Position numbers and translations under genes: made by a program. From a virus, in IMG/VR virus record IMGVR_UViG_3300028423_001161, positions 1 to 64,000 of that record: DNA of 64,000 nucleotides. One strand, given 5' to 3'. Under the pieces are notes generated by a model, which was not told where the DNA came from, did no database searches, and saw only the letters and a program-made list of their open reading frames with translations. Shown here in pieces: positions 1-10,041 of the stretch (position 1 is the first letter of the stretch; every line of letters begins with the position of its first letter).

Positions 1-134
1 TGTGTTTTGCTGTAGGTGATAGAAGTTCGGTCATATTCTTGGGGCTGTTGCACGGGCATATCACCGCAGGCTTCAGCAACATCAACTGATTCCATCAGTG
101 AAAGCATTTGCTTCATGCTATCTAAGTTATTCAT
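1..134 (-). CDS. 5' part of a hypothetical protein running off the left edge (MNNLDSMKQMLSLMESVDVAEAC...)
   Basis: ATG at 134-132 overlaps the TGA of the upstream gene (TGATG coupling); frame is open to the window edge. Confidence 0.65.
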   Translation of the reverse strand, partial: MNNLDSMKQMLSLMESVDVAEACGDMPVQQPQEYDRTSITYSKT

Positions 135-841
135 CACACTCTCCGAGCTGATTGATTGATCACATCAGCTTCTTTGTTTTCAGTGCCTTTGCCCATGTTT
201 GTACCTGTGTTCAATGTATTCCAGGTTGAGCGCAGGTCGTCGCCCATGATTTCACCTTTGGTAGGATAGCGTCGAAAATAGTCTGCGCCTTTCTCGTCAC
301 GAATTTTTTTCAATTCGGCTAAAAACTTTTCGTTGTACTCTTCGCCAAACAGTGTGAGCTCATCCTCATCTAAACAGTCTTCTACACACTGAGTATAATG
401 TGGGTGACTTTGATCTTCTGCTTGTAACAGAGCACTGTCAGCAGTGTCAGCATAGCGACCTTCGTCATCTTCCATGCGTTGTTGAGCATGATCGGACTCT
501 CTGCGCCGCGGCTCCTTGATGCCTTGCACAAGCACACGCTCATGCGGCAAACCCATATTAACTGCCAACCATACCTCTAGGATACGCTCGTTCACTGGGT
601 AGTTGAGCGTGACATCTGTGCTACACACTTCACTGACAAAGCCAATGCCTTTGGCACGATAAAAGTCCACGGGGTTTTCTTGAATAGGCAAACGATGCCA
701 GCCCGTGGCTGATTCAAAGCCGTATTTCTGCATGAGGCTTTCTAGCATGTTCATCTGTTCTTCGCCGCAGTCGTGAGCAAACTTAACACGATAGTGATAT
801 TGTTTGCTGAAACTTTCGGAAATGTATTGTTTGAGTTCCAT
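134..841 (-). CDS. hypothetical protein, probably late-expressed/virion-associated
   Basis: ORF with AGGAG before ATG at 841 and late-promoter motif GATAAATA at 862-869. Confidence 0.7.
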   Translation of the reverse strand: MELKQYISESFSKQYHYRVKFAHDCGEEQMNMLESLMQKYGFESATGWHRLPIQENPVDFYRAKGIGFVSEVCSTDVTLNYPVNERILEVWLAVNMGLPHERVLVQGIKEPRRRESDHAQQRMEDDEGRYADTADSALLQAEDQSHPHYTQCVEDCLDEDELTLFGEEYNEKFLAELKKIRDEKGADYFRRYPTKGEIMGDDLRSTWNTLNTGTNMGKGTENKEADVINQSARRV

Positions 842-881
842 GATAATCTCCTGGTTACAACTATTTATCACAGAACAGAGA

Positions 882-1385
882 TTATTTTTCCTTGGATTCT
901 GAGATCATTTTCAGCAACTCATTGCGGTCCATGGTGGTTGCTTGTACTTCTTGAGCAGAATCTGGGTTATTTTTCTCTGCTTGTTGGTCTAAGCGTGCCT
1001 TTTTCATCATTAGATCAATTTGCTTGAGCTTGCGAGTAACTTTGCTGTCTTTGGCTTCGAGTGCTATTTTGAGCATGTTTGCAGCATTATTAAACACCTG
1101 TCCTGCAGCCATATCAGTCATGTTCATGCCCAGGCTCATCAACTGCTCATAGCTGTCTACTGCCTGTGATGCAATTTCATCCATTTCTGAATCATGTGAC
1201 TCCATGCCACGCACTTCTGCCAGTGCACCATTGATCTTTTCACTGATTGTGAGTGCTTCTTCAATGGTGGTGAGATCGCTGTTGTCTTCGCTGAGATTTT
1301 CGTCAAAGTCTGCAGGCGACTCTGAATGCTCAGGGACATCATCCATTGGCGGCAGGTTAAATTCTTCTTCTAGTTTCTTGGTCAT
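882..1385 (-). CDS. helical/coiled-coil protein, possibly terminase small subunit-like
   Basis: 167 aa with an acidic N-terminus and helical core, ending in MDRNELLKMI (loosely reminiscent of small-terminase C-termini); function is only an inference. Confidence 0.4.
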   Translation of the reverse strand: MTKKLEEEFNLPPMDDVPEHSESPADFDENLSEDNSDLTTIEEALTISEKINGALAEVRGMESHDSEMDEIASQAVDSYEQLMSLGMNMTDMAAGQVFNNAANMLKIALEAKDSKVTRKLKQIDLMMKKARLDQQAEKNNPDSAQEVQATTMDRNELLKMISESKEK

Positions 1386-1413
1386 ATGTATCTCATTATG
1401 TATGTGTGCTTAT

Positions 1414-2136
1414 TTACCTGTATGTTTGCTCTACAAAAGGAACCACATGGTTCAATGCAAAGTCTCTAGATTGTTGAGCATTTGGGTGGTCCATAACACC
1501 ATAGATAGAACCATCGGCACTGGGATTGAAGGTTTCGTGCAAACTGCGCACAGGCAAAAATCTGTCATAGTTTATGCTATCACGAATCCATTTCACATAT
1601 TCATTGTCATCGAAGCCGTGTTCCAGTACATAGTTTGTGTATGTGCTCATAAAATAATCTATGTTGTGCTTTTCCAAAAAACACTGCACCCAATGCATTT
1701 TCTCATAGGTGCGTATTACACTGCCAACGTCATTGTGAAATTTTCTATACCAGAGATTTGATCTAGAAGTACCAAACACTGCGTTTGCAAGTTCCCACCT
1801 GCCATGATCACTGTCTTGCAAAAAATCAATGCCCTCATGTAAAGATTCACTGATATACTGGTATTCTGTGCTGGGATCATGAAAAAACTCCATGCGATCA
1901 ACTCCGCTCCAAACTACACCAACCAGCATGGATTCTGATGAAACTCCCTGTGACAAAAGATCCTGTATGCCGTGTATGAGTCTTTTTGCAATTAAACCGT
2001 TGCCTTGGCTTGAAGAAGCAGTGTTGTAGAGTTCACAGTCCAGGTGTTCTGCGGCATACAGTGGCCAATTTTTAGTGCCATGATCTGTGGTTGTAAACGA
2101 ACAGCCGCCTGCAATCAAATGTGTGTGTTTGCTCAT
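1414..2136 (-). CDS. SGNH/GDSL-like hydrolase or acyltransferase family protein
   Basis: N-terminal GGCSFT, central GN, WSGxDR and C-terminal DHPN motifs match SGNH-type blocks. Confidence 0.6.
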   Translation of the reverse strand: MSKHTHLIAGGCSFTTTDHGTKNWPLYAAEHLDCELYNTASSSQGNGLIAKRLIHGIQDLLSQGVSSESMLVGVVWSGVDRMEFFHDPSTEYQYISESLHEGIDFLQDSDHGRWELANAVFGTSRSNLWYRKFHNDVGSVIRTYEKMHWVQCFLEKHNIDYFMSTYTNYVLEHGFDDNEYVKWIRDSINYDRFLPVRSLHETFNPSADGSIYGVMDHPNAQQSRDFALNHVVPFVEQTYR

Positions 2137-2145
2137 AGTAGATAT

Positions 2146-2601
2146 TTATTTTCTGCGTTTTTTAGGATTGCGTTTTTTGTTTGTGTGAAAAATGTGTTCT
2201 TCATTGACCACTTTGAAACGAATGCCTTTGCGTTTGCACCACTCTTGAGCAGCTTCCCATTTGGCTGCATTTACTACAACTGCCGCTTTGTTTGCAGTGC
2301 CTTTGGCATTTTCCATGGTGGTTTGACTGCTGGGCTTGATTTCAATGAGTTCTACGTGCTCGTTGCCATCTTTGTCCACATACTGTATGAGAAAATCAGG
2401 CACATAGTTGGAGTATTTGCCAGTGACAGGATTTCTATAGGGTATTTTGATGTATTCGCTGGCCCATCTCACAATGTTTGGATGATGATCACACATGCGA
2501 CAAAATGCTGACTCCCAGCTGCTGCGAAAATAGGGTGGCTTGTCGCCCACATATTTTTCAGGGTTCTGAACTTCATAGACCCCTTGATGAAACTTGCTCA
2601 T
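2146..2601 (-). CDS. gp4: head completion protein / TnsA-like endonuclease (T4 gp4-like)
   Basis: NPEKYVG, RSSWE, WASE, YVPDF, IEIKP and KWEAA motifs. Confidence 0.9.
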   Translation of the reverse strand: MSKFHQGVYEVQNPEKYVGDKPPYFRSSWESAFCRMCDHHPNIVRWASEYIKIPYRNPVTGKYSNYVPDFLIQYVDKDGNEHVELIEIKPSSQTTMENAKGTANKAAVVVNAAKWEAAQEWCKRKGIRFKVVNEEHIFHTNKKRNPKKRRK

Positions 2602-3032
2602 GGTTTTATCAGAGCTGCGTATCTGCTTTTGCTGTTGTCAATGGGTCGGGTCAGACCTATTCTGTTTCCCGGTGGCCTCAGCATATTGATGGTATCATAG
2701 GTATCAACTGCAAGTTTGAGGCTGGCTTGGTTTACACTGAAGTATTCAAGTGGGCTCACACCTTGGCTTTTGGCTACTTGTATAAGCACAGCGGCCATGG
2801 CACGAGCATTGGCTGTGCCAAAACCAATGCTTTCCAGTTTGGTTTTCACTGCATCAAGCTCTTGAGCATTCACACTGTCCGGTGGTGCCAGATCGCTTAA
2901 TAGTGTGCTGCTGGCTTCAGGCAGTGGAAATTTTATTGTGGCATTTTCAAGGTATGCTTCAAGTGTGTCTTGCGTGATGCGATACTTGAGCTCATTGCCA
3001 AACGTGTTGTACAGAGATACAGAGTCGGCCAT
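2598..3032 (-). CDS. hypothetical protein in tail operon
   Basis: ORF with GGAGG RBS, coupled to both neighbours. Confidence 0.65.
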   Translation of the reverse strand: MADSVSLYNTFGNELKYRITQDTLEAYLENATIKFPLPEASSTLLSDLAPPDSVNAQELDAVKTKLESIGFGTANARAMAAVLIQVAKSQGVSPLEYFSVNQASLKLAVDTYDTINMLRPPGNRIGLTRPIDNSKSRYAALIKP

Positions 3033-3034
3033 TG

Positions 3035-4324
3035 TCAACCTCCTCCGGGAGGTGGCGGTAAGTCTTCAGGCGGCTGGTTAGGGCTGTTTCCTGTGATGAG
3101 GTTACGTGCGGCCTGTCCAACCAGTGACGTAGCACCACCAATTGCTGTGCCGAGTGCAGCATCTCTGACATCCCCGCCTGCAATAGCAGTAGCAACTGCA
3201 CTTGCACCTGTGTCTAAGAGCACATCCACAAAAGGATTTGTATCTTCGTTGCCTGTCTGGGTGCTTATAGATGCAGATTGGCCATATGTGGCAGGCACTG
3301 ACTGTGTTTGAGGATCTTGTGGTGTGCCCGGTCCTGTGGCTACAATTTCGCCTGCTTGATTGATTTCAGTGTCCACTACATTTACTGTGCCTGCACCTTG
3401 ACCTTCAGGAGAGAAACTGTTGGGCTGTCCTGTGCGGCCGCGCTCTGCAGGGCTGTTTGTGGTGACACCTAACACCGGCAACTCTCTGGTTGCTAGGCTT
3501 ATGTCTGATATGTTGGTATCTGCTTGGAAAGCTGGCCCTTCGAGGTCGCCCACATTTTCAAATCGATCTAGGTCTTCGTTGCTGAGACCAAAGTTCACTG
3601 CATTGTGCACAGTAAACTTCTCATATTCAAAACTCATCTGAAAATCTCTGAAGTCACTGGCAGTGTAGTCTAGCTCGGCACTCTTGAAACTGGTCAACAC
3701 AGGATTGATGATGCTGTACTGCACACCTTTGTTACCGTGATATAACACATAGTCAATGCGCTCGAAAAAGTGTGCATTGGCATTTGGATTATAGCCTGCC
3801 CGGTTGCTGTTGAAACTGCTTTCGCCTGCTTTGCCAAATGCAGAATTCACAAAATCTGTGCCGCCAGCACTGCTATACCAGCCTGCAATGTCTCGATCAT
3901 TGGGAGACTGTTGCTCGTTGCGAGGATCCATATAGTGATAAGCAAAGTACTTCATTAGCACTGCTAGCCACTCGTTGCCTACAGTATCATACACAGTCAT
4001 ACTCACTGGCTGATATTCAACACCAGTGTTTACAATGCGTTTGCGGTTGTATGAGTTATAGGTTTCTGTTTGAAACTCAACGCCAGGGAGCTCGGCTGTT
4101 CTCACAAGGCTGCTGATTGTGGTGCGAAACTCTGTTTGACCTGCATCACCGTCTGCGAATAGGCCAGGCAACAGTTCACGGTTGAATATGAAGTTCACAT
4201 AACCCTGAAACTTCTGTCTGACAGGGTTGACATGAGGCCGGAACTTATATGCGTTTCTAAAATCACGCATATAAAATTTCCGACCACTGCCAATACCTAA
4301 TGCATCAAATATCCTGTCAGGCAT
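3035..4324 (-). CDS. tail tube-like protein (baseplate-tube junction, gp54/gp48-like)
   Basis: Tube-fold motifs AELPGVEF, YNRKR, YQPVSMTVYD, LDY and FEYE; directly downstream of the tube gene; low-complexity C-terminus. Confidence 0.65.
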   Translation of the reverse strand: MPDRIFDALGIGSGRKFYMRDFRNAYKFRPHVNPVRQKFQGYVNFIFNRELLPGLFADGDAGQTEFRTTISSLVRTAELPGVEFQTETYNSYNRKRIVNTGVEYQPVSMTVYDTVGNEWLAVLMKYFAYHYMDPRNEQQSPNDRDIAGWYSSAGGTDFVNSAFGKAGESSFNSNRAGYNPNANAHFFERIDYVLYHGNKGVQYSIINPVLTSFKSAELDYTASDFRDFQMSFEYEKFTVHNAVNFGLSNEDLDRFENVGDLEGPAFQADTNISDISLATRELPVLGVTTNSPAERGRTGQPNSFSPEGQGAGTVNVVDTEINQAGEIVATGPGTPQDPQTQSVPATYGQSASISTQTGNEDTNPFVDVLLDTGASAVATAIAGGDVRDAALGTAIGGATSLVGQAARNLITGNSPNQPPEDLPPPPGGG

Positions 4325-4353
4325 AAAATCATCCTACCGAGGTAGTGTTAATT

Positions 4354-5001
4354 TTACGCTCCGTCACTGCCAGACGGTACATCTTCATTGGGGAATAGCG
4401 TACCTGTGGTAACGCCCGGAACATCACCGGTGTAGTCTTCGCTGCCTGCGTAGTGCGTGGCATTGTCGAAGCGTACTTGCATGGCAATTGTCACAGGATC
4501 GTTTGCACTGTAATCACTGTCGCTGTAGTCAACGTTTGTAAACCAGCAACCTTCCAAGAACCAAACTTCTGTGGCGCCTGCGGCATTACCATCAAGAATT
4601 TCCACTTGCATGTCAAATTTGTAGTCGTTGCCTGCAGCAGGAGTAGTTTGCTGGAAATGGTTGAGCTGACGTTGAACCTGTGCACCAACAAGGTTTGATG
4701 TTCTGTTTGAGATGTCATCACGCACAGTAACAGTGACCTGTTCCCAACTGTGCTTGCCTTGAATGTAACTACGGCTGTTGTAGCTGTCCAAGATTACTTC
4801 TTCATATGTGATCTTGGGACGTGTAACACTCATTACATTTTGTGTGAGCACACGTGCTTCAGGTTCGCCAGCAAAGCCACCCAACATGCTTACACGGAAG
4901 CGATACTTGAGTTTGGGCATCAGAATGCCTGAGCCGGTTGCTCCGGTTACTGGTACACCAAACTTGCTTCTGGTTTCTGTTGAATTGATTTGTGCTGCCA
5001 T
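4354..5001 (-). CDS. gp19: tail tube protein
   Basis: PKLKYRFRV, GKHSWEQVTVTVRDD and LEGCW motifs; follows the sheath gene. Confidence 0.85.
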   Translation of the reverse strand: MAAQINSTETRSKFGVPVTGATGSGILMPKLKYRFRVSMLGGFAGEPEARVLTQNVMSVTRPKITYEEVILDSYNSRSYIQGKHSWEQVTVTVRDDISNRTSNLVGAQVQRQLNHFQQTTPAAGNDYKFDMQVEILDGNAAGATEVWFLEGCWFTNVDYSDSDYSANDPVTIAMQVRFDNATHYAGSEDYTGDVPGVTTGTLFPNEDVPSGSDGA

Positions 5002-5087
5002 TGTTGTTCTCCTACGAACTGGTTGTTATGCAAATATTTATCACTTTTTGCGCAAAAATGTTATCTACCCATATAACTTACTCAAAC

Positions 5088-5113
5088 AAAAAGAGGGCCG
5101 AAGCCCTCTTTTT
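5088..5113 (-). terminator. intrinsic terminator after the sheath gene
   Basis: AAGAGGGC-TTCG-GCCCTCTT followed by a T-run on the minus strand (cUUCGg loop). Confidence 0.9.
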
Positions 5114-5133
5114 GCAACAACATATCGATGATG

Positions 5134-7920
5134 TTAGTTGGTTTGACCCAGTGTATTTTGCACACGAATTGGAATATAGATGAATTCCACTGCTTTGACT
5201 GGCTGGATAGCAATGTCAATGTGCAGTTCGTTGCGATCAATACGCTCTGGTGTGTTGTTGCTGCTGTCACACACAACCACAAAGTCAAACAGACCACGCT
5301 GTGAAACTAGGTTGCCTAGGAAGCGATCAACCAACACCTTGGCGTTTTGACGTGTAACTTCGTCGTTGGGCTCAAACAAGAATGGTCTAACCAAATCGTC
5401 TAAACGTTCTCGAATAAACACCACAAGACGTGCCACATTCACACGATCCAATGCACTAGCAGATGCGTTCAGTGTCTTTTGACCAAACACTGCTAGTCCT
5501 CGGCCCGGGAACTGACCAATTGGGTTAATCTTGTTGATATACAAGCTGTCACGCTGTCCTTCACTGAGTGCAACTGATTGGAACTCTCCGCTCTGTGCAT
5601 CGATGTAGCCCACACTTGAAGCATTTGTTACCACACCGCGCTGGAAGCCAGCAGGAGCAAACCATGGGAATGCCACCTGGTCATTGAACGCCAGTGTGCG
5701 CAGTGCAATGTGCGAAGCTGGAACAACCACGTTGTTGCCGTCTAAGTTGCTGGCCAACCCATGAGGATAGTAGACTGCAGCATATGGTGAACTGCTTACT
5801 AGTCCGTCCTCACCGTTTTCAATGGCATTGCTGCCGTTGATTGCCCAGTTCTGCAAACTGCTGGCATCAGAGCTCAAACGCAACGGCGCATCAGCAACAA
5901 TAAACGCAGTTTCCTTGCGATCAGTGTTGAGTTCAATCATTTCGTCGAGCAGTTCTGGATAACCAGGCACTGAGATTAGGTTGAAACGATTTGCTTCGTT
6001 GCGTATTTCGCTGTTGCTGCTGATAGCTGATTGCAGTTCTCTTACAACTGCGCGTCGCTGTGCTTTGCGCAACATATAAGGCGAACCATCGGGCTTGTTG
6101 CCGCTGTAGTCTTCCCAGTAGTCTTCCCAGGCATTCCATTTTTTCACATTACCACCAGACGCCTGTTTGTTCCATGCAAGAATGTTATATGGATACAGTG
6201 CAGGATTGGGAGCATCATCTGAATTCAAGCCAGCAGTGGTGCTAACACGGAAATCACCAAACACCATGCCGTCACTGCTTTCTTGGTCAGTGATATCAAC
6301 CAATGCCCAAGCAGTGCCGCTCCATTTGTAAACCTGAGGATAGTTTTCTAGGTCGCTGCTGTCGATCCACAAGTCACCTGCAACCAGTGCATTGCCTTCA
6401 GAGTTCAGTGAAGGTGTGCTTGCTGCAATGTTGACATCTCCGGTATAGGTTACCCAACCGTTCTGTGGATTATTTTCTAGGATGTCAATGCGATCATTGC
6501 TGACTAGACTGTCATACCACAGTGTGCCATCAGCCAATGCGCCCGTGGGCTCACCTGTTGACTTGTATGTTTCTGTGACCGGCCAGTTGCTGTAATCAAC
6601 ATTGTCTAGGAATCCAATGCTAGCAGGAGTGAAACCTGCAACATTGCCTGCTTCTAGTCTGATATTTCGACCGCGATTTTCTCGAATACGCAACCGCCCA
6701 TCTTCCAGTTCAAAAGCAGTGACGTTGTCGGCTTCGGTTAGCTCTACGTTGGCAGCCGAAAGGCTGTCGTTGATTGCAGTGAGTACTTCGTCTGAATCCA
6801 AGAAGCCATCTCCGTTTTCGTCGTAGCCTGCAAATGTAACATCAATGACACCCGAGTTGCCGTTGACTACATCTCTGTCGTTGACAATAATACTGAATGC
6901 AACAGTACCGTTGCTGTGTCCTGACGCACTAACATTTGCAGGAGAATCTGACACAGCACTAACTGTGTTAAATCCAGCATACTTGCGAATTCTCAGTTCT
7001 GCAACTTCGTCATCAAAATCTTTCCAGATATCGGAGGTTGTAGCACCGCCCAGTGCATCAAAGTAATCATTCACTTGATATGAATATTCGTAGCCCACAC
7101 TTGGAGCCGAAATCCACTGACCAGATTGATAAACCTTTAAGCCGAGGTTATTGCCGTTGTTGGCTTCGTTCATCTGCCAAACATAATCACCCACAGTGAG
7201 TGCACCGCCTGTGCTGTTGAGCAACGGCAACTGTGTGCTGCGAGCAACCTGAAAATCGCCACGGAAACCGTTGGCATTGTCGCCTAGCTTGTACCACTCG
7301 CCGCTCTGTTTTTCCCAGATCACAATATTATCTGTGTTCTCTTCAACACCGTTAGGAAACACAACAGCAACTCGTCCGTCTTTGCCATAGGCGTTTTTGG
7401 GTGCCGAATCGACTAATACGTTTGATGGTCCCAGACCAACAATATCTGTGACCTGTGCCCATTTTGAGCCGTCCCAGCGTTTCAGTCCAGTGATAAATTC
7501 AGACACATCAACCCAATATGAGCCGTCGTCCACTGATGCGGTGGGCTGTGAAGCTCTAGCTTCCAGTTGATCAAGGTCAACATCTGCGCGCAACACATAT
7601 GCCCGGTTTGCAATACCCAAAAAACTATAGGCTGCAAACAGGCCGTACTCATTGAGCTCGTGTCCTGGAAGCGGTGTGCCGCCTGAGGTTTTGAATATGG
7701 GGTTGCCAAAGTTTGTCAGTAAGTCTCTCTGACTGGTGACCAGCTTTACGTTGCCAGCTTCGGATGCTGTGGTACTGGCTGCAATGCCTGTTCCGTCGGG
7801 GCTGGCTTTGTCTTGTGCGGTTGCAATAACAACCAAAGGCACGGTGCCAGCACCAGCAGCAGTGCTGAAGCTCTCATCAGTTACAGTGATACTTACACCT
7901 GGTGATACTAATTCTGCCAT
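5134..7920 (-). CDS. gp18: contractile tail sheath protein (928 aa, with insertions)
   Basis: LVSPGVSI N-terminus; PWFAPAGFQRG, FGQKT, LDRVNVARL, FLFEPND and PVKAVEFIYIP motifs. Confidence 0.95.
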   Translation of the reverse strand: MAELVSPGVSITVTDESFSTAAGAGTVPLVVIATAQDKASPDGTGIAASTTASEAGNVKLVTSQRDLLTNFGNPIFKTSGGTPLPGHELNEYGLFAAYSFLGIANRAYVLRADVDLDQLEARASQPTASVDDGSYWVDVSEFITGLKRWDGSKWAQVTDIVGLGPSNVLVDSAPKNAYGKDGRVAVVFPNGVEENTDNIVIWEKQSGEWYKLGDNANGFRGDFQVARSTQLPLLNSTGGALTVGDYVWQMNEANNGNNLGLKVYQSGQWISAPSVGYEYSYQVNDYFDALGGATTSDIWKDFDDEVAELRIRKYAGFNTVSAVSDSPANVSASGHSNGTVAFSIIVNDRDVVNGNSGVIDVTFAGYDENGDGFLDSDEVLTAINDSLSAANVELTEADNVTAFELEDGRLRIRENRGRNIRLEAGNVAGFTPASIGFLDNVDYSNWPVTETYKSTGEPTGALADGTLWYDSLVSNDRIDILENNPQNGWVTYTGDVNIAASTPSLNSEGNALVAGDLWIDSSDLENYPQVYKWSGTAWALVDITDQESSDGMVFGDFRVSTTAGLNSDDAPNPALYPYNILAWNKQASGGNVKKWNAWEDYWEDYSGNKPDGSPYMLRKAQRRAVVRELQSAISSNSEIRNEANRFNLISVPGYPELLDEMIELNTDRKETAFIVADAPLRLSSDASSLQNWAINGSNAIENGEDGLVSSSPYAAVYYPHGLASNLDGNNVVVPASHIALRTLAFNDQVAFPWFAPAGFQRGVVTNASSVGYIDAQSGEFQSVALSEGQRDSLYINKINPIGQFPGRGLAVFGQKTLNASASALDRVNVARLVVFIRERLDDLVRPFLFEPNDEVTRQNAKVLVDRFLGNLVSQRGLFDFVVVCDSSNNTPERIDRNELHIDIAIQPVKAVEFIYIPIRVQNTLGQTN

Positions 7921-8024
7921 TTTTGTTCTCCCATGTAATGGTGTTTGTATTACATGTATTTATGAAAATTGGCAGTTTTTTAGGTATTACGACAGTTTAG
8001 GTGTAGTCAAGATCACAAAATATG

Positions 8025-8684
8025 CTAAATAGCCTTCATCTGTGATTTAGGCAATATGCTTTCACAGATTCGATCCACTTGCTCATAGAGGTTTTCCAGA
8101 GAGGAATTGTTTTGTATGATATAATCTACATCGTATCCTGCCCAGTTCCACTCACTGACATGTACGTCACAGTACTTGGTGTTCATGATTTTTTCACTGA
8201 TCACATTGCCTGCATTGGCACTTGCTGCAACATCATACCATTCAGGAAGCTCACCGCGTTGCACCCAGATTACACTTCCTCCCAGTTTGTGTATCAACTC
8301 CAGTTCGTTGCGAAAACGTGCATCACTGACCACAGTGAAATACACAGACTCTCTCTGAGAGCGTATGCGATACTCTAGGCTGTGCAACCAAATATCCTGG
8401 TGAAAGTGGTTACGCATCACATCTGTGCCCAACAACTGTAATGCTAGGCGTGGCGTGAAGTTGGGGATGCCTGTTTTACGGCTCCAGAACATATCAGGTG
8501 TTTCTCTGTATTCACGGCTCTCCACTGTGTCGCCTTTTAGCAACTCACGATTCCAGCCAAAAACAGCCGAAGCAAGATCTTTGAGTGGTGCTGCAAAACT
8601 GTCTTTGACACCGCCATGTTGTGCTATGCGTTCTGCTACTGTGTCTTTGCCTGAACCCATGTATCCCACAATGCCAATGATCAT
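8025..8684 (-). CDS. gp1: deoxynucleoside monophosphate kinase
   Basis: IIGIVGYMGSGKDT P-loop, SFAAPLK, TPRxxLQxxGTD, SDARFxNE and HxSE; GAGGA RBS favours a start at 8684. Confidence 0.92.
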   Translation of the reverse strand: MIIGIVGYMGSGKDTVAERIAQHGGVKDSFAAPLKDLASAVFGWNRELLKGDTVESREYRETPDMFWSRKTGIPNFTPRLALQLLGTDVMRNHFHQDIWLHSLEYRIRSQRESVYFTVVSDARFRNELELIHKLGGSVIWVQRGELPEWYDVAASANAGNVISEKIMNTKYCDVHVSEWNWAGYDVDYIIQNNSSLENLYEQVDRICESILPKSQMKAI

Positions 8685-8694
8685 CGGTGTGTCC

Positions 8695-9252
8695 TCATTG
8701 AGTGTTTTTTTCATAGCGTACACCCACAATGTGATAGCGGTCTTCAAGACCATAGTTCACTGCTGTGTGTAAGCCTGTGGTGTTTGTGATATAGCTGTTG
8801 CCTAGGGCCAAGTGCTCAAATCTCACTGGTTGTGTGACACCTGATTGAATAGCATCTTCAAAGAAACACATATAGCACTGTGGATTGGTAACCACTGGTA
8901 TGTGCAACCTCATGTTCACAGTGTTAGGAGTGAGATTATCAGTGTGCACGCTGTAGGTGCGTCTAGGCTGTAAACGCAACAACCTCCACCTGTAAAATTT
9001 CTTGTGTCTTTTTATATACTCTTCGACTAGAGTACCTTCCAACGCTCTGTTCACAGTGCTGTAAAAGCGTTCAGGGTTTGGTAAGTCTGACAGCCTGCCT
9101 GTGCTGCAATCCCAGTCGTTGTTGCCGCCTACGCTGGTCAAAGAAATTTGATTTTGATCGTGCAGGGGAAATCTGTCAATGAGATCAGCGATTTCCTGCC
9201 AAAGCTGGTCTGTGTCTATGTCTGTGTCGAGTATTTGTACAAGATCTTCCAC
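8695..9252 (-). CDS. 2OG-Fe(II) oxygenase, aspartyl/asparaginyl beta-hydroxylase-like
   Basis: HxD (HTD), RLHIP, distal HTAVN and RYHIV motifs. Confidence 0.8.
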   Translation of the reverse strand: MEDLVQILDTDIDTDQLWQEIADLIDRFPLHDQNQISLTSVGGNNDWDCSTGRLSDLPNPERFYSTVNRALEGTLVEEYIKRHKKFYRWRLLRLQPRRTYSVHTDNLTPNTVNMRLHIPVVTNPQCYMCFFEDAIQSGVTQPVRFEHLALGNSYITNTTGLHTAVNYGLEDRYHIVGVRYEKNTQ

Positions 9253-9264
9253 GATGTCTCTGTG

Positions 9265-10026
9265 TTATCCGATAATAAAGCCCAAGGGCGAATTGCCTTC
9301 TTCCATATTGTGCAACGACATCTTGAGAGTTTCAAGCTCAGCTTGCGCTTCAGACTTCAACTGCTCGCCGTTGAGCGTTACTGTGCCTCCTGCACCAGGC
9401 AAGCCACTGTAGAACTTGCTGCGTGCTTCTCCTAACATCAGCTTGCTCTGAGCAAGAGCATATGCACTGAGCCACTGACTGGAATACACATCCTTGAGCA
9501 GAGTCATCTCAGGCACATAGTTGTATACTCCTACAGCAACTTCTTCATCAATCATCACATTGCGCAGTATTTTAAGCACCTTGGTGTTGGGGTTCCAGAA
9601 AAAGTCATACTCTGAACCAAATATGCGTCCTGCAACTTCTTTGTATTGACTGAATGCATCAAAGGTGGCTAGTCCGCCTATCTGTCCTGCATTAAGCAGA
9701 TACATGTTGTTGAATGCAACATCAAACGGATCAAAGTTACTGCCTGTGCCAGATGTGGTGCCCACCCCTCGTCTGTACATGCGCTGTACTTCAATAACTT
9801 CATCGGGCAAAGTATACTCTTGCACATTGGGCTGTGTGCGAATAAACATGATGCTTTCTTCCACACTGCCTGAGCTGAGCTGTCGATACTTGCCCAGTGC
9901 TAGATCAATGGCAGTATCATAGTGTTCTCTGTCAAGCTCAACGTCAACTATGCCGTCGGCAAGACGCAGTTGCAGTTGTCTGATCAGCTGTTCTCGGTTG
10001 TTGTATCCAGTTTGATCCTGAGGCAT
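9265..10026 (-). CDS. gp13: neck protein
   Basis: IVDVEL, AL..Y, W...YALA..K..LGEARSKF and LPG.GG.VTLNG motifs. Confidence 0.85.
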   Translation of the reverse strand: MPQDQTGYNNREQLIRQLQLRLADGIVDVELDREHYDTAIDLALGKYRQLSSGSVEESIMFIRTQPNVQEYTLPDEVIEVQRMYRRGVGTTSGTGSNFDPFDVAFNNMYLLNAGQIGGLATFDAFSQYKEVAGRIFGSEYDFFWNPNTKVLKILRNVMIDEEVAVGVYNYVPEMTLLKDVYSSQWLSAYALAQSKLMLGEARSKFYSGLPGAGGTVTLNGEQLKSEAQAELETLKMSLHNMEEGNSPLGFIIG

Positions 10027-10041
10027 ACAACTATTTATCTT

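Noticed and set aside
2146-2601. Tn7-like transposon (TnsA motif)
   Set aside because: Matches the T4 gp4 head-completion family in a structural operon; no other transposition genes or ends
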